Shown: positions 1-7,741 of the stretch, piece by piece | Position numbering within the stretch: position 1 is the first letter of the stretch | Layout: each line of letters begins with the position of its first letter | Source of the DNA: Candidatus Nanobsidianus stetteri | GTDB taxonomy: Archaea > Nanobdellota > Nanobdellia > Nanobdellales > Nanobdellaceae | NCBI RefSeq assembly: GCF_003086415.1 | Contig: NZ_QEFP02000003.1 | Location: 23,194-55,193, forward strand | Length of the DNA: 32,000 nucleotides | Reading direction: 5' to 3' | Notes under the pieces: generated by a model | Seen by the model: the letters and a program-made list of their open reading frames with translations, nothing else | Databases searched by the model: none | Told to the model about the DNA's origin: nothing | Program-made: the position numbers and the translations under genes

Positions 1-123
1 CAATTTTTCTAATATTATTTTCATTAAACTCAATGCCATTTTTCCATCCAAATCTGAATCCGCTACAATCAATATTTCTTCATTTGAATCTTTTATCTCT
101 TTCGCTATATCTGAAAAATCCAT
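1..123 (-). CDS. DHH-family phosphoesterase (RecJ/NrnA-like), N-terminal fragment running off the left edge
   Basis: Own translation of the minus strand from the ATG at 123-121: MDFSDIAKEIKDSNEEILIVADSDLDGKMALSLMKIILEKL. IVADSDLDG fits DHH motif I (DxDxDG). It is absent from the ORF track because the window edge truncates it. Confidence 0.5.
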   Translation of the reverse strand, partial: MDFSDIAKEIKDSNEEILIVADSDLDGKMALSLMKIILEKL

Positions 124-158
124 TTAATATTAAAATATAATAATATTTAAAAGCATAG

Positions 159-230
159 GCCCCGATAGCTCAGCGGTAGAGCGGTGGACTCGTAATCCAC
201 AGGTCCCGGGTTCAAATCCCGGTCGGGGCT
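159..230 (+). tRNA. tRNA-Thr (anticodon CGU), no encoded CCA
   Basis: Hand-folded cloverleaf. Acceptor GCCCCGA/TCGGGGC pairs 7/7. D arm is GCTC-AGCGGTA-GAGC. Anticodon stem GTGGA/TCCAC carries loop CTCGTAA (anticodon CGT). Variable loop is AGGTC. T arm is CCGGG-TTCAAAT-CCCGG. Discriminator is T230. Confidence 0.9.
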
Positions 231-879
231 ATCTTCTATACCTGTAATAATTTCCATAGTAGTTTCCATAATTATATCCGTAGTAATTATAATAATTACT
301 ATAGTTTTGTTGATTATATTGTAAATTACTTTCAGCGAAATTATTAATATTTTCTTCTTCATTTTCTTCTTCAAATTTTTTCTCTTCTTCTTCAATGAAT
401 TCTGGTAACAATTTATCTATTACATATACTGCTGTATATATTAATGGGAAGAAAATTATTACGGAGAGAAAATCTATATAATTAAATTCTATTACCCCAT
501 ATATAAATGGCGTAAACATAATCTGAAAATAAGAAAAGAATCCAGTTTTCCCAAGTATTTTTGCAATCTTTTTTCTTTTTATAGATGATATTAATATAAA
601 TAAGGATAAAAGTAAGAAAAATAATGTTATAATTAATTTATTATAATCATTAAGCTCATTATTTAAGTATAGATGCCTTAACCAATCTATAGAAACCCAT
701 GAAAATATAATGCTATTTGCTAATGAATGTGAATATCTAAGTTCTTTTCTTTCTACTAAGAATTCCATTGCAAACCATGTTATATAAACTGGATATGTAA
801 CCCATATAATTTCAACATTTGTAAGTGTAGATATAAATATTGTTAAGAATGCTTGAAACAATGATATTATATCTATCAT
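229..879 (-). CDS. Polytopic membrane protein of unknown function with an acidic then N/Y/G-rich low-complexity C-terminal tail
   Basis: 216-aa ORF with about 5 hydrophobic segments. The tail reads EEEEKKFEEENEEEN...NYSNYYNYYGYNYGNYYGNYYRYRR. The stop codon (229-231) overlaps the tRNA-Thr 3' end by 2 nt. Confidence 0.55.
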   Translation of the reverse strand: MIDIISLFQAFLTIFISTLTNVEIIWVTYPVYITWFAMEFLVERKELRYSHSLANSIIFSWVSIDWLRHLYLNNELNDYNKLIITLFFLLLSLFILISSIKRKKIAKILGKTGFFSYFQIMFTPFIYGVIEFNYIDFLSVIIFFPLIYTAVYVIDKLLPEFIEEEEKKFEEENEEENINNFAESNLQYNQQNYSNYYNYYGYNYGNYYGNYYRYRR

Positions 880-947
880 TATAATAAATAAAAAATCTTG
901 AAATATTAAAATATTAATTTTTAAGTATAAATTCTAGAATAAAGATT

Positions 948-1559
948 ATGGGGCTAGATATATTATATGTATTGATTGTAATATTTGATATATTAATATC
1001 TATATGGAATGCATACAATGCTGGAAAAGCTTTGGAATATATGAAATTAAATAATATAGAAAGTGATTGGCCAAGGATGGTTGCATACTCTACATTAATA
1101 TTATCCTTTGCAGGTGCAGCATATGGTAATGCATCATTATTATCAATTGTAGCATATTACTTAGGATATATTGATATATATACATTATTAGGAATCCTTT
1201 CATTCTCATTTTTAGTGTTTGGATTTTTAATAATATTGTTTGGAATTGTTATAACTATAAATAGTATAATTGTTGCATCAAAAACAAAGAGTTTCTTCGA
1301 TATATTTATTGCAATATATAATAGTATTGCTGTTATTTGGGATATATATACATATATAGAAGGATTTTCTACAGCATTCAATATATTAAAAGATCAATTT
1401 GGTAATGAAGAAAGAAATTCACAGGGCATATTTATTTTAATAATAATTGCCGCAATATTAATTGCAGTATTTATGGTATATGGTGCATTTAAATATGGTA
1501 AAGCTTCTGTATATAAAGTAGAAAATCTATCCGTACAACCATCACCAATTGAAAGCTAA
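948..1559 (+). CDS. Integral membrane protein, function unknown
   Basis: 203-aa ORF with about 5-6 long hydrophobic segments. Its stop overlaps the next start (TAATG at 1557-1561). Confidence 0.6.
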   Translation: MGLDILYVLIVIFDILISIWNAYNAGKALEYMKLNNIESDWPRMVAYSTLILSFAGAAYGNASLLSIVAYYLGYIDIYTLLGILSFSFLVFGFLIILFGIVITINSIIVASKTKSFFDIFIAIYNSIAVIWDIYTYIEGFSTAFNILKDQFGNEERNSQGIFILIIIAAILIAVFMVYGAFKYGKASVYKVENLSVQPSPIES

Positions 1560-2119
1560 TGAAGCATTTGCAATTTTTGGGAAAATATGTAGATGATATA
1601 ATAAAGGGAAATAAAAATTTAACTATAAGATTATCAAAGGGAAATTTAAAAATTGGAGATATTTTTATTTTACATGCTGGAGGGAAAGTAATTGGAAAAT
1701 TTAGGGTAAAAAATATATATACAAAGAAACTATATCAAATAACAGATGAAGAAGCAAAGAGAGATGGTTATAATAATAAAGAAGAATTAATAAATGATTT
1801 AAAAAGAATATATAAAAGGTTAGATTTAAATAGAGAAGTTGCAATCATAGAATTTGAACCTGTAGAAATAATAAATAATATATCTTCTGAGGAATTTGCA
1901 TGGGGTGGGCAAAAGATTGATTTAATTGAATTAGCAAAATTAATATTAAAATATGATGAGAAATTGAATGAAAAGGAAAGAAAACTATTAAATATATTAA
2001 TTGAAAGTGGAAGTTTAAGAAAGGCTGCAATTAAGTTGGGTGGATTAAATAAAAGATATATAATTAGGAAAATATTAAAGAAGGGATTTTATAGATTAAG
2101 GGAAAAGAAAATTATATAA
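1559..2119 (+). CDS. ASCH (PUA-like) domain protein with C-terminal helix-turn-helix
   Basis: N-terminus KGNKNLTIRLSKGNLKIGDIFILHAGGKVIGKFRVKNIY...ITDEEAKRDGY matches the ASCH pattern. C-terminus EKERKLLNILIESGSLRKAAIKLGGLNKRYIIRKILKKGFYRL looks like a LuxR/sigma-region-4-type HTH. Confidence 0.55.
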   Translation: MKHLQFLGKYVDDIIKGNKNLTIRLSKGNLKIGDIFILHAGGKVIGKFRVKNIYTKKLYQITDEEAKRDGYNNKEELINDLKRIYKRLDLNREVAIIEFEPVEIINNISSEEFAWGGQKIDLIELAKLILKYDEKLNEKERKLLNILIESGSLRKAAIKLGGLNKRYIIRKILKKGFYRLREKKII

Positions 2120-3494
2120 TATTTTCCTGTCTTAAATTTATTTTTAATCTTTTAATAAATTCATCATAATTATTTATATCCAATAAAAAACCTCCAAAAT
2201 TATCAAAACTAGAATAATAAATTATGTTGTTATCAAATAACTTTTTCAATATATTATTTATTAATTTTTTATTTTCATCTTTATTTGTCTTAATTATCCC
2301 TCTATAAAAATTATTTACTTTATATAATAAAATAATGACCTTTCCATTTATTATATTTTCTCTAATTAAAAGATTTAATAATAAGGGTAAAAAATATCCT
2401 TTTCCATAATTTTTCTCAATTGTTATTATTTTCAATCCATTTTCATCTTTTATTTGTACATTATTATTTATTATATCATATAATAATTTTGAAAATTGTA
2501 ATCTTAAATTATTTTCAGATTCTCTCAAAATATCAATATTATATTTTTTAATGAAATATAATATTCCTTCCATTTTATTATTTTCAATTAATCCTTCAAT
2601 ATTATATAATAATTCTAATAAATCTCCAATCTCTTCGCCCTTATTAATCTTATATATTTCACCTATTAAATCGTCTGTTCTTTGTAAATTATACTTTAAC
2701 TTTAATTTTATTATATTACTAACTATTTTTTTAATATCTTCTTCAGATAAATCTTTATAAAATATACCAGCAGTTCCTCTATCCTTTATATTTAATTCTT
2801 TTACTAATTCTAGAGCTTTTTCATCACTTCCAGTGATGTTCGGGATATAAAAATTAAATGGAGAGCTTAATACTTTATATAAAGGTTTTGTAAATATACC
2901 TGGAAGATTTATTCCAGTATATTTTGATAATATTTCTCTATCAATTAATTCATTTAATATTTCATTATTTGGTTTATTAAAATCATATAAATTTCCAACT
3001 AATGATAAATATAAAATATTTTTATCATATGGATTCAAACTTTGATATAAATAATATAATATATCTGATGTAGATATTTCTTTATAACCATCCAAATTAA
3101 AAATATTTGGATTGAGATTTACAACATTATTTAATTCAATATCTTTTATTGTTAAAAAATGATGATCTATTATATATATCTTTTTATTTAAATCTTTATT
3201 TAACTTTATTACATCATCTGAAAATATAGATCCAGTATCTAAAAATATTATGTTATCATATTCATACCCACTTTCACCTAAAAATAAATTATTAACCTCT
3301 TTTTTACTTATATAATCTAAAAATGTTAGATGAACTTCAGAATTTTTTTCATATAAGTATTTTAATAAAAATATTGATGAAGATAAACCATCGGGATTTA
3401 ATGAAGATATAATTAAAAAATTTTGCTTATTTTCTACTGCCTTATTTATTCTATTAGATATCTCTTCTATATAGGATAAAAATCTATTGTTCAT
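2112..3494 (-). CDS. RecJ-like DHH-family protein (archaeal Cdc45/GAN-type), motif I partly degenerate
   Basis: FLIISSLNPDGLSSSIF sits at the motif I position, with SLNPDG in place of HxDxDG. FLDTGS is motif II-like. KIYIIDHHFL is the DHH motif. A 4-nt ATGA overlap with the upstream uS15 gene suggests co-transcription. Confidence 0.7.
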   Translation of the reverse strand: MNNRFLSYIEEISNRINKAVENKQNFLIISSLNPDGLSSSIFLLKYLYEKNSEVHLTFLDYISKKEVNNLFLGESGYEYDNIIFLDTGSIFSDDVIKLNKDLNKKIYIIDHHFLTIKDIELNNVVNLNPNIFNLDGYKEISTSDILYYLYQSLNPYDKNILYLSLVGNLYDFNKPNNEILNELIDREILSKYTGINLPGIFTKPLYKVLSSPFNFYIPNITGSDEKALELVKELNIKDRGTAGIFYKDLSEEDIKKIVSNIIKLKLKYNLQRTDDLIGEIYKINKGEEIGDLLELLYNIEGLIENNKMEGILYFIKKYNIDILRESENNLRLQFSKLLYDIINNNVQIKDENGLKIITIEKNYGKGYFLPLLLNLLIRENIINGKVIILLYKVNNFYRGIIKTNKDENKKLINNILKKLFDNNIIYYSSFDNFGGFLLDINNYDEFIKRLKINLRQENII

Positions 3495-3883
3495 GAATAT
3501 CCATACATCTTTGCTATATCTCTACTATATTCGAATGTTTGTGGTAATTTTTTATTTTTCTTATAGTATTTTATTAAACTTTTTACTCTGCTTTCAAGTT
3601 CCTCCAATTTTTTCTTTGTTACAATATCCTTTCTATGTAATTCTAAATGTTTCAATATTCCATTTATTTTTTTAAATAAATATAATAGATCTTCAGGTAT
3701 TTCTTGTTTTAAATTTAATTCTTTTGTTGCATATTTTACTAACTTTTTATTTAATATTTCTTTAACCTTTACACCATATTTTTCCTTTAATTCTCTTCCA
3801 ATTTGTGATGGTGTATATCCTTTATTCCATAATTCTTTTATTATATCATTAATTTGTTCTTTTGATATTTGATTATTTTCCAT
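3491..3883 (-). CDS. rps15: 30S ribosomal protein uS15 (S15P/S13e)
   Basis: 130 aa. GYTPSQIGRELKEKYGV matches the S13e-type N-domain. IPEDLLYLFKKINGILKHLELHRKDIVTKKKLEELESRVKSLIKYY matches the S15 helical-domain signature. Confidence 0.85.
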   Translation of the reverse strand: MENNQISKEQINDIIKELWNKGYTPSQIGRELKEKYGVKVKEILNKKLVKYATKELNLKQEIPEDLLYLFKKINGILKHLELHRKDIVTKKKLEELESRVKSLIKYYKKNKKLPQTFEYSRDIAKMYGYS

Positions 3884-3914
3884 ACTAGTTTAAATGATAA
3901 AAATATTAAAAAAA

Positions 3915-4421
3915 TTATCTTTCATATGTGCCTATAAAATAACCATAGCCAACAATATTTTCTTCCTTTACATATCTAATAAAATCATCAAAGAACCATC
4001 CATCTATATATAATTCTTTATTTAGAAATAATATTATTGTATAATATCTGTGTTTACCATGACCTTTTGGAGGACATGGACCATCATATCCAATTTTTCC
4101 AAAATCATTTTTACCTTGAATAATTTGTACATCATCTATTTTAACAATTCTCTCCTTTTTAATTCCTGGAGGTATACTTTTTATTGGCTTATTTATATAT
4201 GCAATCCAATGCCTAAATATACCACCAGGTGCATCTGGATCTTCTACAAATAATAACATACTTTTTGTATTGTTTGGTATTTCTTCAATTAATATTGGAA
4301 ATGATATATTTTTTCCCTCACATGTATAATCTTCCGGTATTTTTTCCAAATCTCTAAAAGAACTTGAATATATATTTACTTTTATTGCATTGTCAGGTAT
4401 TTTTATATCCAATATTTCCAT
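3915..4421 (-). CDS. PEBP / YbhB-YbcL family (Raf-kinase-inhibitor-like) protein
   Basis: Signature motifs VEDPDAPGGIFRHW and GYDGPCPPKGHGKHRYYTIILF. Confidence 0.85.
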   Translation of the reverse strand: MEILDIKIPDNAIKVNIYSSSFRDLEKIPEDYTCEGKNISFPILIEEIPNNTKSMLLFVEDPDAPGGIFRHWIAYINKPIKSIPPGIKKERIVKIDDVQIIQGKNDFGKIGYDGPCPPKGHGKHRYYTIILFLNKELYIDGWFFDDFIRYVKEENIVGYGYFIGTYER

Positions 4422-4459
4422 AAAATATATTTATTTAAAAATTTTAATATATTTATCTT

Positions 4460-4511
4460 TTATGATGAAAATCTAAAATCTGAAAAATGATGAGTTGTCG
4501 GTCTACTGATT
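4460..4511 (+). ncRNA. C/D-box sRNA (2'-O-methylation guide)
   Basis: Lies in the 118-nt divergent intergenic gap. C box ATGATGA is at 4462-4468, followed by the 11-nt guide AAATCTAAAAT. D' box CTGA is at 4480-4483. C' box (A)TGATGA is at 4487-4493, followed by the 12-nt guide GTTGTCGGTCTA. D box CTGA is at 4506-4509. Spacing is canonical for archaeal sRNAs. Confidence 0.7.
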
Positions 4512-4539
4512 TATAAAATTATTTAAAAATATTTTTAAT

Positions 4540-4998
4540 ATGACTGTTTTGAGGGAATATGAATATGAAGATCATACTGCAGATATAAAGATTGTTGGTT
4601 ATGGAAATACACCAAAGAGAGCAATTGAGGCATTAATATTGGGAATGTTTAATATTATATATGATAATGAGAAAGTTGAGAAAAAAGAATCTAAACAATT
4701 TGTAATTGAAGGGAAAAATATATTGGAGATTATATACAATGTTGCTAGAATATGTTTAGAAGAGGTTTTTTATAAGGATAAGTTTGCTGTAAGAGATATA
4801 AGAGTAAAAAATTTAAAGAAAGTTAGGGTTGAAAGCAAAAAATATAAGTGGGTATGTAGATTTGAAGTTTATGGAGAAAAATATGATAAAGAAAAACATG
4901 GATTTAAAAAAGAAGTTAAAGCAGTTACTTTACATGATATAAATATTACAAAAATAATGAAAACCTATTGGAGTGCAGAAATTGTTGTTGATGTCTAA
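4540..4998 (+). CDS. Archease (RtcB tRNA-ligase activator family)
   Basis: N-terminus YEYEDHTADIKIVGYGNT carries the archease DHTADI signature. The 152-aa size is typical. Confidence 0.85.
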   Translation: MTVLREYEYEDHTADIKIVGYGNTPKRAIEALILGMFNIIYDNEKVEKKESKQFVIEGKNILEIIYNVARICLEEVFYKDKFAVRDIRVKNLKKVRVESKKYKWVCRFEVYGEKYDKEKHGFKKEVKAVTLHDINITKIMKTYWSAEIVVDV

Positions 4999-5873
4999 CT
5001 TTCCTGTTCTTTTTTAGCTTCAAAATATTTATATAATGGTATATTTCCAATTAAATAATATAATAGATCTAATATTATTGCAATAGATAATACAAATGCA
5101 AATTCATCAACTGATGGTTCTGGTACTATAAAATATAATAAAAGTAATGTATATAATGCAATAATCTCCATTAGCATTCCAACCCTAAAAGACATTCTTA
5201 CTCTTTCAATAAAAGGTTTATCTTTTTCCTTTACTATATTTGTTGATAATACCACATTATTATCAATTGCAAATCCTAAAATCATTAACATCCCAATAAA
5301 TCCATTTGCTCCTATAGGATATTTTGTTATAGATAATATTGCCAACAAACCAATAACATCAAATAATATTGTAGATATTATATTTAAAGTAATCTTAGAA
5401 GCTCTAAATGCTATAAATATTACAAATGATGTAAGTATTATTGTTAAAATTACAAAGAATAAAAATTGATTAAATATAAGATTGCCTACTAAAGAACTAT
5501 ATTGTTGTATTGATATATCTGTAGGAGATAGTTCAATATTATAATCTTGATTTAATAAATTAATTAATAATGTTTCATTAATTTGTTTTCCTGATTCAAT
5601 ATAAATAATATTTGGTGTATTATATAATACGTAGTCCGTTATATTCATTTGATTTAATACATTTTGTATTTGAGTGTTTGTTATATGATAATTATTATTT
5701 ATTAATGTTATATAACCTCCAGAAATTGTAATAGATTTGTTAATTATATATCCGTACTTAAAGTAATTAAATAATATTATTCCAACAAATACTGCAAATA
5801 TTAATATAGAAATTATTAGAAACTTCTTATAATTATTTTCTATAAATGATAAGATTTTCATTAACATGCTCAT
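4995..5873 (-). CDS. secF: SecF-like protein-export membrane protein (SecD/F family)
   Basis: 292 aa with one N-terminal TM, a periplasmic-type loop, then a 5-TM block. FAFRASKITLNIISTILFDVIGLLAILSI...GFIGMLMILGFAIDNNVVLSTNIVKE resembles the SecF/RND core. No secD is adjacent. Confidence 0.55.
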   Translation of the reverse strand: MSMLMKILSFIENNYKKFLIISILIFAVFVGIILFNYFKYGYIINKSITISGGYITLINNNYHITNTQIQNVLNQMNITDYVLYNTPNIIYIESGKQINETLLINLLNQDYNIELSPTDISIQQYSSLVGNLIFNQFLFFVILTIILTSFVIFIAFRASKITLNIISTILFDVIGLLAILSITKYPIGANGFIGMLMILGFAIDNNVVLSTNIVKEKDKPFIERVRMSFRVGMLMEIIALYTLLLLYFIVPEPSVDEFAFVLSIAIILDLLYYLIGNIPLYKYFEAKKEQES

Positions 5874-5926
5874 TTTTTACATATTCTTAAAAAAGTATAT
5901 AAAATTATTTTTTTCATAATAGGTAT

Positions 5927-7741
5927 ATGAGATCCTTTAATTATTTAGTAGAAATAATATTAACTGTATCTTTAATATTATTGTTCTTAATAAACATTCA
6001 ATTTCCTCAAAGTCCTTCATATTATATAAATATATTTAATAAAAAATATACATTGTATACCGCCTTAGCAAATACTTATAATGATAAATTTCTAAGTTAT
6101 TTAGAAACAAATCAATTTGATGTATTAGCTTCAATATATAATAGTATGCTATCGGGTTATTTTAATTATTATGATTTAAAGCAAGCAGTAGATTATAGTT
6201 TAAACTTTTACAATACTTATAATTCAACATGCTATGAATTTTTATTTCCATTTCCATATCTAGGAAACAATTTATTATATTCATTAAATGTGAGTGGACA
6301 AGTTAATAATTTTTTCTTAATATATAATTCTCAAGGAACATTGTGTGGAAATATTGCATCAAGTGATGATTGGTATGGAATAATAATATCTAGTTATTCT
6401 AGTAACAATTTATCTATATATTTAAATTTAACAAATGTAACAAGTTTTGTTAATTACACTGTAGATCCTTATTCATTTTATGCATATAATATTGATTTAT
6501 ATCCAATACAAATCCAATATTTGAATGTATCATATATTAATACATCTAATGGGTATATTCCAATGATAAATATATCATTAAATTTACCTGACGGTTATAC
6601 ACAACCAATAATTATATTATTTAGAGCTGAAAATAATAATTTTAATTATTTAAATTTAACAAACAATTATCAATTAGTGAACAATTTACCTGCCCAATTG
6701 GTACAATATGTTATATTTCCATTTAGTTGGGAAACACTGTATGTTTCTCCTCAATGTTTAGATCAATCTAATGTTATATCTTTTACAAATAATAATCAAT
6801 ATTTTAATTTAACAAACTCTTCATATTATCCTTCTCAATTATCTGGTAATACATCAATAACTGTTGTTGCTTGGATTTATATAAATAATTATTATTCTTC
6901 TTCCTGTGCTTCTGGAGAAAATTATATAAGTGCAATAGTTAATACATCTGTGGCAAATTATGTAGGTTCCATATTTAGTCAAATAATTATACCAAATAAT
7001 AGTCAATATTATCTAGGAATAGATGAAAGTAATAATATAGGATATTTGCCAAATTATACTTTACCAATGAATCAATGGATTTTTGTTTTCTGGGAATATA
7101 ATAATAGTAATGGGCAATTTTATGGGGGATTTATAAATCAAAGTGGAATATATTATGGTCAAATAATACCTTATCCTGGTTATTCATCTTTGCAACCTTT
7201 AAATTTATACTATCCACCAAATGAAACAATATATTTAGGAACTCCTACAACGTTGTATCCTCCTCAATGTACATTTTTAGGAAATATATATGTAATTGCA
7301 TTTTATAATCAACCATTAACAATAAATCAACTAGAAAATATATATTATTCAGAAGATTTTAATTATTATAATCCAGTAATAATTTATTATGGTAAAAATT
7401 ATAATCCAAATACAGGAATATTATATGGAAATGGACCAAATTATAATATGCAAGCATATAATAATCCGCAATCTATAAATTTTGTAGAACCATATTCTCA
7501 ATTAATAATAGATTATTCAATTCCTCCAGATTATCAGAATAATATAATATCTTCAAATATAAATATTAGCCAGTGTTATCCTGTAAATGTTTATTATTCA
7601 GATCAATTAATACCAATAATATTATATAATTATTGGAGTTATTTCAATGTAAATCCAGTACCAAGTGGATATAAATATAGTAGTAGTATAGTTTATCCAT
7701 ATGGCTTAGGATATTCTAAATTCTCTGTATATGGCTCGTAG
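5927..7741 (+). CDS. Large secreted/surface glycoprotein with prepilin-like N-terminus and LamG (concanavalin-like) domain
   Basis: N-terminus is MRS followed by FNYLVEIILTVSLILLFLINI. There are dozens of N-x-S/T sequons, and K/R/E/D are almost absent. The LamG_3-like pattern is ITVVAWIYIN ... WIFVFWEYNNSNGQFYGG ... IYLGT ... FLGNIYVIAFYNQPLTINQLENIY. Confidence 0.65.
   Translation: MRSFNYLVEIILTVSLILLFLINIQFPQSPSYYINIFNKKYTLYTALANTYNDKFLSYLETNQFDVLASIYNSMLSGYFNYYDLKQAVDYSLNFYNTYNSTCYEFLFPFPYLGNNLLYSLNVSGQVNNFFLIYNSQGTLCGNIASSDDWYGIIISSYSSNNLSIYLNLTNVTSFVNYTVDPYSFYAYNIDLYPIQIQYLNVSYINTSNGYIPMINISLNLPDGYTQPIIILFRAENNNFNYLNLTNNYQLVNNLPAQLVQYVIFPFSWETLYVSPQCLDQSNVISFTNNNQYFNLTNSSYYPSQLSGNTSITVVAWIYINNYYSSSCASGENYISAIVNTSVANYVGSIFSQIIIPNNSQYYLGIDESNNIGYLPNYTLPMNQWIFVFWEYNNSNGQFYGGFINQSGIYYGQIIPYPGYSSLQPLNLYYPPNETIYLGTPTTLYPPQCTFLGNIYVIAFYNQPLTINQLENIYYSEDFNYYNPVIIYYGKNYNPNTGILYGNGPNYNMQAYNNPQSINFVEPYSQLIIDYSIPPDYQNNIISSNINISQCYPVNVYYSDQLIPIILYNYWSYFNVNPVPSGYKYSSSIVYPYGLGYSKFSVYGS

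Noticed and set aside
3165-3225. Possible extra C/D-box sRNAs (ATGATGA ... CTGA about 55 nt apart here, and TGATGA ... CTGA at about 31090-31150)
   Set aside because: Both lack internal D'/C' boxes at the proper spacing, and both lie inside, or antisense to, coding sequence. Isolated TGATGA/CTGA pairs are expected by chance.
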